Source of the DNA: Planctomycetota bacterium | GTDB lineage: Bacteria > Planctomycetota > Planctomycetia > Planctomycetales > Planctomycetaceae | Length of the DNA stretch: 64,000 nt | Direction: 5' to 3' | NCBI GenBank assembly: GCA_031377305.1 | Contig: JANMEV010000377.1 | Coordinates: 166-64,165 of the forward strand | Shown: positions 57,031-64,000 of the stretch, one piece after another | Layout of the letters: the number at the start of each line of letters is the position of its first letter | How positions within the stretch are numbered: position 1 is the first letter of the stretch | The notes under the pieces: generated by a model | Databases searched by the model: none | Seen by the model: only the letters and a program-made list of their open reading frames with translations | What the model was told of the DNA's origin: nothing | Made by a program: the position numbers and the translations under genes

Positions 57031-59364
57031 TTAGAGAATCGCTTTGATCCTTGAAAGGAACTCTCGATTCGTTGGGAATCGGTCCATCGTCTTTGTCAGC
57101 TGTTCCATGGCCTCAACAGGGCTAAGGCTTATCAGGCTGCGGCGAAGCATGGTAATGCCCTCCAGAAGATCTGGCGCGAGAATTTTTTCCTCGCGACGAG
57201 TGCCGGATTTGCTGATGTCAATTGATGGCCAAATTCGGCGATCGGCAAGTTCACGACTAAGCACCATTTCCATGTTGCCCGTACCTTTGAACTCCTGAAA
57301 GATCGCTTCATCCATTCGCCCGCCGGTATCAATCAGAGCCGTGCCGCAAACCGTCAGTGATCCACCTTCGTCAAAGCGACGAGCCTGGCCGAACAGTTTT
57401 TTGGGGACGTCCAAAGCTCGAATGTCCAAGCCGCCTGTTCCGGTGCGGCCGGTGCTGCTGGCCTTGTTGAAGGCTCGAGCAAGTCGGGTGATACTGTCAA
57501 GCAGAATGAAGACGTCTTTGCCCTCTTCGGCAAGTCGCTTTGCTCGTTCGATGATCAATTCGCTAAGCCGAATATGACTTTCCACATCGCTGTCCAGTGA
57601 CGATGAAATCACTTCACCCTTCACCATTCGACGCATTTCGGTCACTTCCTCAGGACGCTCGTCAATCAGCAGAACCATCAGATGAATCTCCGGATGGTTA
57701 ATGCTGACCGAATTTGCGATATCCTGAAGCAACATCGTCTTGCCGGTTCGCGGAGGAGCAACCAGCAGAGCTCGCTGTCCCTTTCCGATCGGGCAAAGCA
57801 GATCCATGACTCGCATGGTCAATGGCTTCGGACCGACTTCAAGTTTGATCTGCTCAAACGGATTGATTGCCGTCAGGTTGTCGAAATGCTTGACGTTGAG
57901 GTACTCTTCAGGAGTGAACCCATCGATCAGCTCGACTTCACGCAGACGTGGCCCCTGATTGCGAGTGCCCTGCCCTACGTCACCTCGGATAAGAACTCCC
58001 TGGCGAAGCTTGTATTTTTCGACCAGCGAGCTGGAAACGAACGGATTGGAATCTTCCGCCGCATAGTTTCGTTTTGGGTCGCGCAGGAAACCGTAGCCAC
58101 GTGTGTGAAGTTCCAGAACGCCGTCGAAGGTTCCTTCAACAACTTCGCCGGAAGGCTGAATCGTTCGGCCTCGACGAGGCATTCCCTGATCACGGCCACG
58201 TCCTGAATCTCGCCCGCCGCGGGGTGGACTGCTGTCATTGCGACGGCCTCGGCCACCACTATTGTCTCGCCCGCCGCTGTTATCTCGGCCACCATTGCTT
58301 CCGCCACGACGCCCGCGCCCTCCATCGTTTCGGCCACTGTCTCCGCGCCCGCCATCACGACGATTCGCTTCAGGCCGACCGCTTCCCTGGAATCGACTTG
58401 AGTCGCTGCGACCCGGGCCGTCATTGCGAATTCCGCCGTCCACACGACCAGGGCTTTCGTTGCGAACGATTCCTTCGCCACGAGGTGGGCCGTCATTTCG
58501 AGGTGGACCGTCATTTCGGATTGGCCCATCGTCCGGACCTCGACGACGACGACGACGACGACGACGTGGGCGACGATCATCGAACAAATCACCCTGCTGC
58601 GGTGGTCCACCGCCCTCTAGATCTCCATCGCCCGATGGGCCGTCCAGATCGTCAAAATATTCGCCGCGATCGTCTGAAGACGACGCGGGCTGGTCAGCTG
58701 GGGAATCTCGCCGAGGAGCAGGACCACGTCGCGAAGGATATCCGCGTCCGGAGGATGATTGGCCACGATCAGCAGAAGCGCCGCGATCAAACCGAGTTCC
58801 GCGGTCGGAGCCAGGTCCTTGGTCAACAGCGGGTGGTTGACCGGCATCAATGTCTACAGCGTGACGGCTTGAACGACCTCGTGGAGGCGCATCGTCGTCG
58901 TCTCCAAAGTCCAGTTCGTCGGTACTGAAGTATCGCATGCCGGTTTGCGGTTCAACATCCGCAATACTGCGTTCAAACCGGCTTGAAGTGCGTTCGGATC
59001 GCTCTGTCTCTTCCGCTCGCGGGCCGGGTTCCGCACCCACGCCGTCACGTGCAACGCGGGGTCGGCGAGGCTTTCGCTCCCGGGCTGCGGCTGGAGCCTT
59101 CTCCGCACTGGTAGATTCTTCTGGCGCTGGAGCGACTTCGGCCTTAGTTTCAGAACGTTTTGCTCGTGAAGTTCGGGCAGCACGGTCTTCTACGCCTGAT
59201 CCGAAATCATCATCGGACACTGGTGCGGCGGCTTCGGGTTCCGCAGAAGCGGTCCGGCGAGTTCGAGTTGAAGCGGCACGAGGTCGGGCGGTTGTGCTTC
59301 GGGTCGATGGTCGTCGACGCGGACTTTCGCTGGTTCCTTCTGGGTCGGAACTGCTTGTCGGCAT
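57031..59364 (-). CDS. rho: transcription termination factor Rho with a ~400-aa Arg/Gly/Asp/Pro-rich N-terminal extension
   Basis: The C-terminal about 380 aa are canonical Rho: RNA-binding OB (GVLELHTRGYGFLR), Walker A (GQRALLVAPPRTGKT), LLIDERPEEV, and the Q and R loops. The N-terminal low-complexity extension includes RRPRRRRRRRRRG and RNDGPPRNDGPPRGEG repeats. The ATG at 59364 is preferred over 59430. Confidence 0.9.
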   Translation of the reverse strand: MPTSSSDPEGTSESPRRRPSTRSTTARPRAASTRTRRTASAEPEAAAPVSDDDFGSGVEDRAARTSRAKRSETKAEVAPAPEESTSAEKAPAAARERKPRRPRVARDGVGAEPGPRAEETERSERTSSRFERSIADVEPQTGMRYFSTDELDFGDDDDAPPRGRSSRHAVDIDAGQPPAVDQGPGSDRGTRFDRGASADRGQSSSGRGYPSRRGPAPRRDSPADQPASSSDDRGEYFDDLDGPSGDGDLEGGGPPQQGDLFDDRRPRRRRRRRRRGPDDGPIRNDGPPRNDGPPRGEGIVRNESPGRVDGGIRNDGPGRSDSSRFQGSGRPEANRRDGGRGDSGRNDGGRGRRGGSNGGRDNSGGRDNSGGRGRRNDSSPPRGGRDSGRGRDQGMPRRGRTIQPSGEVVEGTFDGVLELHTRGYGFLRDPKRNYAAEDSNPFVSSSLVEKYKLRQGVLIRGDVGQGTRNQGPRLREVELIDGFTPEEYLNVKHFDNLTAINPFEQIKLEVGPKPLTMRVMDLLCPIGKGQRALLVAPPRTGKTMLLQDIANSVSINHPEIHLMVLLIDERPEEVTEMRRMVKGEVISSSLDSDVESHIRLSELIIERAKRLAEEGKDVFILLDSITRLARAFNKASSTGRTGTGGLDIRALDVPKKLFGQARRFDEGGSLTVCGTALIDTGGRMDEAIFQEFKGTGNMEMVLSRELADRRIWPSIDISKSGTRREEKILAPDLLEGITMLRRSLISLSPVEAMEQLTKTMDRFPTNREFLSRIKAIL
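58541..58566 (-). repeat. (CGT)8 trinucleotide microsatellite encoding poly-Arg inside rho
   Basis: The plus strand reads (CGA)8CG, and in the rho frame this gives eight CGT Arg codons plus one CGA. Confidence 0.9.
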
Positions 59365-60210
59365 AAAATTGTAACCTGATTGGGCCTTGAATTGAGGGAG
59401 GCAGCGGACGACGTTCGTCATTGGCCTCAAAAACGGACTCTCACGGCATCAACAAACTCTACAGTTTCGGGCAAGATGCCGCAAAAAGAGGTTTGGCAGC
59501 AAGCACCTTGCATGCTGCGGAGCAACCGAGAAAGCCACAAACTGGATAGAGTGAAGCGTCCTGAAACGCACACACGACGAGCCATTGATTGCGATCACAA
59601 TGGTAGAAAAATCTTAGCCGTCTGCCGCAACGACAGAAAAGCTCAATCCCCATAACGCCCAAAAATGCAGCAATTCTACCCCAAACGATGTTACTCCGGA
59701 TCTACCGGAACGTGTATCAGGGCTCCTGAACGCATACTAAGAATTCAGGATATCAATATTCCGAGCGCTGCCGAAGAAGGAGCCAACCTTCAAATGCCAA
59801 AAACAATCCGGGGAACACTAAGGTCTGCTGGGGTCTGTCGATCCAAGACCACCAACCGGAAAGCTCAGCAAGCAAATGGAAGCTACCAAGGGAGTTCCAC
59901 TGAGCATCACACAAAACTAGATGTCGCCGCGAAGGGCAACACACGTCAGTGCCAAAGGCAGGCTGACCTTTCGCTAGTATTAACGGATCTCAATTCCGTG
60001 TCAATTGAACTCTTCAGTTCAAAACAAAACATTTTCAAGCCGAACTCAAAAACTGCCCCGTACTGCGACTGGCGGACCAGGTTGAACTCGTCGGAAGCCA
60101 GACATTTCCCGCTGATTTTCCCACCCCACTCCGGCAGCGGTCATTCTAAACGCTGGGTTCCGTTCATTGCTGGTGAGCAGCACTTCTCAACGAATTTGGG
60201 GCTTTCATCA

Positions 60211-61125
60211 CTATTCAATCTGCGAGCCCTCAATTTGATCGACTCGAAGAGCACTTCGAATATGAGTGTACTTCAAAGGATTCTGCTTGAACTCATCCCG
60301 ATTTTCGATGGATCGAAACAAGTACAGTCGCCGGTCAAAGAATGCTCCGAAACGGATGTTTCCCGAAACCGCTTTCAGGTCCGCCGTTAGCAAAACTGGG
60401 TCGCAGCCCAAATCCTGAGGTGCATACTCAGCCGGATTTTGCAAGAAGATTTCGCGATCCGATTCTGTGGCAAACTGGTAGCGAATACTTCGATAGTCCG
60501 AGGTAATGGTGTCAAATCCCGGAGTCCACTCTCGTTTTGCATGCAACCGAACAGGACAGTAACCCTCCAGCCCAATCATTGGCGATTCGACGGTTGGTTC
60601 CGAAACCGTCGCAACGGGGACGCCGCCAGTCTTTTCTGAGGCCTCGGACGTTGGGTTTGCTGCAACCTGCGGATTAATCCTACTTCCTGGCTCAACGGGT
60701 TTAGGTACTCCCATCTGCTGCGACCGAGAGATCACGTTTCGCAACATTGAAATGTAGGATGTTTTGCTCATGTAGCCGACGTTGAGTGTCTCGACGGTTC
60801 CGTCAGGAAACACAACAACATCCCGCGGTACCGTTGATGCGCCATACTGAGAAGCCAGATCTGGTTCATGGCTGACGTCGATTTTTACGGAGGCGATTTC
60901 GCCGCCCAGAGTCTGCTGTACCTGAGCGTCGGGAAACACATCGCGTTCCATCCTCTGGCATGGTCCACAATACCAGGCACCAAAATGAAGCAGGATCGGC
61001 AGGCTTTCTTTGGTGGCCCGTGCCTTTGCTTCGCCGTAACCTGACTGCCATCCGACCTGCTGCGCTGTGCACGAAGAGTTCATCGCTGTGATCAAAACAC
61101 CACAAATCAGCAACCATGATCGCAT
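60211..61125 (-). CDS. secreted thioredoxin-domain protein fused to two YHS/TRASH-like modules
   Basis: The ATG at 61125 gives a signal peptide (MRSWLLICGVLITAMNSSCTAQ). Thioredoxin motif WYCGPC. The C-terminus has two repeats of the pattern C(P/D)V.L...G....F....Y.F.S....(E/D)F..NP..Y. The ORF track extends to 61227. Confidence 0.7.
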   Translation of the reverse strand: MRSWLLICGVLITAMNSSCTAQQVGWQSGYGEAKARATKESLPILLHFGAWYCGPCQRMERDVFPDAQVQQTLGGEIASVKIDVSHEPDLASQYGASTVPRDVVVFPDGTVETLNVGYMSKTSYISMLRNVISRSQQMGVPKPVEPGSRINPQVAANPTSEASEKTGGVPVATVSEPTVESPMIGLEGYCPVRLHAKREWTPGFDTITSDYRSIRYQFATESDREIFLQNPAEYAPQDLGCDPVLLTADLKAVSGNIRFGAFFDRRLYLFRSIENRDEFKQNPLKYTHIRSALRVDQIEGSQIE

Positions 61126-61401
61126 ATGAGTTTGCTCCCTTCGCCGCTGACTCCGATTCTTGGTTGTCAGCTTCGAGCGTTTTCCGGCAGCATGCAGAAC
61201 AATGCATGTCTGATTTGCTATCGGCAAATTTGGCGACTCATTTCAGTATTCGCGTCTGCTGATTGATGACAATCGTCGGTATGGTCCGAAAAGTCTGAAT
61301 CTGGCAGGTTGTCGCGGATCTCCGGTTGTTCGGATTGCGGAAGTGCTGCGACAGGAAGGCCCATAATTCCTGAGCCCTGCCTTGTTGCGATTTCGGGAGA
61401 G

Positions 61402-62784
61402 TTAAAACAGGTTGTCGATAACCGCTCCGTGGTCGATCGCCGCAACCGGTCGTCCTGAGTGATCCAGAAAGTGCTGCGACGGATCGACCCCGAGAACATG
61501 GAAGATCGTGTGGTGAAGGTCGCCGGGCCGAAGCGGCTGTTCTTTTGGACTTTCGCCAAGACGGTCTGTGGAGCCGATCAATCGCCCGCCCCGAATTCCA
61601 CCTCCTGCGACAAAGCAGGACATCGCGTTCCCCCAGTGATCGCGGCCTGGCGTTCCTTTGCTCAGAGGTGGCCCACCATTGCCGCCGTCATTCATCCGAG
61701 GTGTGCGACTAAACTCACCGCAGAGGGCCACCATCACGTTTTCCAGCATGCCTCGATTGGACAGATCGGTCAAAAGGGCGTAGACGAGCTGATCGATCTT
61801 TGGCAGATAATTCTCCATTCCGGACTTGAGGTCCCAGTGATGGTCCCAGCCGCCAAAGTGACACGACACAAACGTCGTGCCGGATTCTACAAGTCGGCGG
61901 GCAAGCAGCGTGCTCTGCCCCCATGAGTGGCGTCCGTAAAGGTCTCGAGTCTTCGAATCTTCCTTCGTGAGATCAAAGGCATCCCGAGTTCGGTCCCCGG
62001 TGACCATATCGAATGCAATACGGTCGAATCTGTCCATTGCTTCGAAAACTCCGCTGGCATCTGCCTCGCGTCGAAGGCTGTCGACTGACGTCAGCAAGGC
62101 TCGACGATCATTCAGGCGACTAAGGGACAGGTCCTGAGCCAACCCGATATTGCGAACTTGAAAGCCGTCAGCATTGGGATCGCCTTCGGTCTCAAACGGA
62201 TTGTTGTGCACACCCAAATAATTTGCCCCAAAGTATCCCGGACGCAACCCGATGCTCATGCCATAGGGAACCGCCACATTCGCAGGCATGCCCGGCTGAC
62301 GAGCGCCAGTGACTTTTGTTGCGACAGAACCGAAAAATGGGTACTTACCTTTTGTATTGGCTCCGTTGACGCCTTCGCCGCGGCCCGTCAGCATCCAGTG
62401 ACCGCCCGTAAAGTGGTCGCCGTTGTCGTGATGGATGGATCGGATGATCGAGAATTTATCCGCAATCTTTGCCTGCATTGGAAACAGTTCGGTTATTTCC
62501 ATCCCGGGTACGTTTGTGGGAATCGGCTTCCAGATGCCTCGATATTCGGCCGGTGCCTCCGGCTTCATATCGTAAGTGTCCATGTGGCCTGGTCCGCCGT
62601 CGAGCCACAGCAGGATGACCGACGTGTTTTTCGTCGCCCTGCCCTGCTCTGCTGCCTTTTCTTTTGCCGCCAGGATTTCAGAAAGGCCAATGGTTGCCAT
62701 TCCGGCGACGCCCGCCTGAACAAAGCTTCGCCGCGACTGCCCATCACAATACGCTGCCGAACGACCTGAATGGACTCGAAGCAT
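61402..62784 (-). CDS. DUF1501-family (sulfatase-like fold) Tat-exported protein
   Basis: Twin-arginine signal (QSRRSFVQAGVAGMATIGL). LLWLDGGPGHMDTYDMKP, GGHW, CHFGGWDHH and GRDHW are hallmark DUF1501 motifs. The ATG at 62784 is preferred over 62883. Confidence 0.85.
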   Translation of the reverse strand: MLRVHSGRSAAYCDGQSRRSFVQAGVAGMATIGLSEILAAKEKAAEQGRATKNTSVILLWLDGGPGHMDTYDMKPEAPAEYRGIWKPIPTNVPGMEITELFPMQAKIADKFSIIRSIHHDNGDHFTGGHWMLTGRGEGVNGANTKGKYPFFGSVATKVTGARQPGMPANVAVPYGMSIGLRPGYFGANYLGVHNNPFETEGDPNADGFQVRNIGLAQDLSLSRLNDRRALLTSVDSLRREADASGVFEAMDRFDRIAFDMVTGDRTRDAFDLTKEDSKTRDLYGRHSWGQSTLLARRLVESGTTFVSCHFGGWDHHWDLKSGMENYLPKIDQLVYALLTDLSNRGMLENVMVALCGEFSRTPRMNDGGNGGPPLSKGTPGRDHWGNAMSCFVAGGGIRGGRLIGSTDRLGESPKEQPLRPGDLHHTIFHVLGVDPSQHFLDHSGRPVAAIDHGAVIDNLF

Positions 62785-63207
62785 GGTTGGTTTCCGAGAA
62801 GGAAATTTGGGGCGGGCCTGCTGACGTTGCGGAATGGCCGAAACGTCAAGCTTGACGGTGTGAACTGAGGGAGGAGAAGTCAAGGATACCGTGCGAATCT
62901 GTCATAAGTCAATTTTCCTCAGGATTTCGATAGGTGAGTACTTGGACTAAGCGTTGGGGGGCGATCCATCGCTAATCGACATGGATCACGTGAAATTGCG
63001 TAGTTTTGGAGGCATGGGGCAATCGATCATGGCCGTCAGTTACTGCCAGTCTGCTTCAAAATGAGAAGCTGCTCACTTCGGAAATGCGCCGAACCTTCGT
63101 AGTATGTAGGGCGTACGGAAATGATGATTTTGCGAATAGCAGGATTCAGATGCTTGGCTACGGATTGGCGGGTAGATCAGCCTGGAACCAATAGCTCACT
63201 CAAACTT

Positions 63208-64000
63208 ATGTCAAATTACTTTCTCCTGTCGACCTTGCACATTCAGGACCACGTTCTTTGCCAGCGTGAAAGAACTCACCGATGTTCTGCGGCGACCAGC
63301 ATCGTCTGGTGTCTCATTGCGCTGGTGATGGCTTCCGGGATCGCGTTAGGTGATAAAGCCAGCGACGACTTCAACCTTGGTGTTGGGTTCTATCGCAGTC
63401 AGCGATGGGAGCAAGCTTCTGAAACCTTCAAACTGTTCCTCAAAGAGTTTCCAGAGCATCCTCGATCTAATCTCGCGCGGCTCTATTACGCATTGTCTCT
63501 GAGTTCACTGGAAAAATACGCACCCGCACGAGAAGAGTTTACAGCGTTCATCGCGGCTGAACCCGAAGGCAAGAACGCTTCCGACGCCCGGTATCGGCTT
63601 GGTGAATGCAGTTACTACCTCCGTGACTACCCTGCAGCGATTGAACAGTTGTCGGGCTTCCTGGAAAGGCATACCGAACATCAGCTGGCCGACTGGGCTA
63701 AACTGTTCCTTGGCGACTCGTACACCGCAACAGAGCAATTTGCCAAAGCCGAACAGTACCTTGCTCCTCTGGTTCAGGGACAAACAAACCCATCCATCGT
63801 TGGGGATGCTCGTTTGAGTCTTGGTAAAGCTCTGCATGGACTAAAGCGAACTCCAGAAGCGATCGACCAGTATCGGGCCGTCGCAGCGTTGCCGGATTCT
63901 GCACTCGCCCCGCGGGGTCTTTATCGCATCGCCATCATTCAAATGGGTGCTCAGCAATACAAGGATGCCGCGGCAACCTATGAAGAGCTGATTACAAGCT
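63208..64000 (+). CDS. TPR-repeat protein (3'-truncated by the window end)
   Basis: This frame is not in the ORF track because it has no stop in the window. After the ATG at 63208 come a TM/signal segment (IVWCLIALVMASGIALG) and repeated TPR-like units (FNLGVGFYRSQRWEQASETFKLFLKEFPEH..., ARYRLGECSYYLRDYPAAIEQL..., GLYRIAIIQMGAQQYKDAAATYEEL). Confidence 0.7.
   Translation, partial: MSNYFLLSTLHIQDHVLCQRERTHRCSAATSIVWCLIALVMASGIALGDKASDDFNLGVGFYRSQRWEQASETFKLFLKEFPEHPRSNLARLYYALSLSSLEKYAPAREEFTAFIAAEPEGKNASDARYRLGECSYYLRDYPAAIEQLSGFLERHTEHQLADWAKLFLGDSYTATEQFAKAEQYLAPLVQGQTNPSIVGDARLSLGKALHGLKRTPEAIDQYRAVAALPDSALAPRGLYRIAIIQMGAQQYKDAAATYEELITS

Noticed and set aside
58541-58566. Tandem repeats as possible CRISPR or VNTR arrays: the (CGA)n run in rho, the 15-nt periodic repeat at 4248-4442 and the KDG block at 2717-3030.
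   Set aside because: All are in-frame coding repeats within well-supported ORFs. None has the repeat-spacer architecture of a CRISPR array.
59431-60210. A Rho-dependent autoregulatory attenuator (rut site) in the rho leader, as in E. coli.
   Set aside because: A rut site needs C-rich, G-poor RNA. Here the C>G skew is on the plus strand, so the rho-sense (minus-strand) transcript would be G/U-rich. The sequence does not support the idea.
59665-60390. 241-aa plus-strand ORF in the rho / thioredoxin-gene spacer.
   Set aside because: Its composition is not protein-like (Ser/Asn/Lys/Thr/Arg-rich with no hydrophobic periodicity), it has no RBS, and its 3' third runs antisense through the well-supported 60211-61125 gene.

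Overview
All family names here come from motifs I recognised by eye. No database search was run.

The window is a 64-kb, gene-dense chromosomal segment of about 50-55% GC by eye. It looks planctomycetal: a DUF1501-type Tat protein, DUF1570- and DUF1571-like proteins, a BBP7-like outer-membrane barrel, three PQQ-type beta-propellers, two Hanks-type Ser/Thr kinases (one fused to an FGE/SUMF1 domain) and a Rho factor with a very long Arg/Gly/Asp-rich N-terminal insertion.

Housekeeping genes I recognise with good confidence are rho, proS, accA, dtd, a thiO-like gene, scpB, rtcA, an rlmI-like gene and a cvpA-like gene. I also recognise a YhaM-like OB/HD nuclease, TerC, a CaCA antiporter, an NhaR-like LysR regulator, a Wzc-type tyrosine autokinase, an archaeal-type glucose dehydrogenase and two small HPF/RaiA-like paralogs. 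I found no rRNA, tRNA, CRISPR array, transposase or integrase.

The parts that deserve a second look:
1. A stand-alone pentapeptide-repeat/TIR gene in a small islet bracketed by a 31-nt hairpin repeat family.
2. A translationally coupled operon of two tandem Cys-pair-rich beta-propeller paralogs, a PhnD-like binding protein and a PQQ propeller. One of the paralogs is cut by an in-frame amber codon.
3. A signal-peptide/beta-grasp/TM protein translationally coupled to a divergent actin-fold ATPase, next to a BY-kinase.
4. A roughly 70-nt conserved upstream element, at identical spacing, shared by the two HPF-like operons. One copy abuts the NhaR-like regulator.
5. A gene-poor segment holding an RHS/YD-repeat relic.

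No complete known defence or secretion system is visible. The functional ideas attached to these observations are inference.
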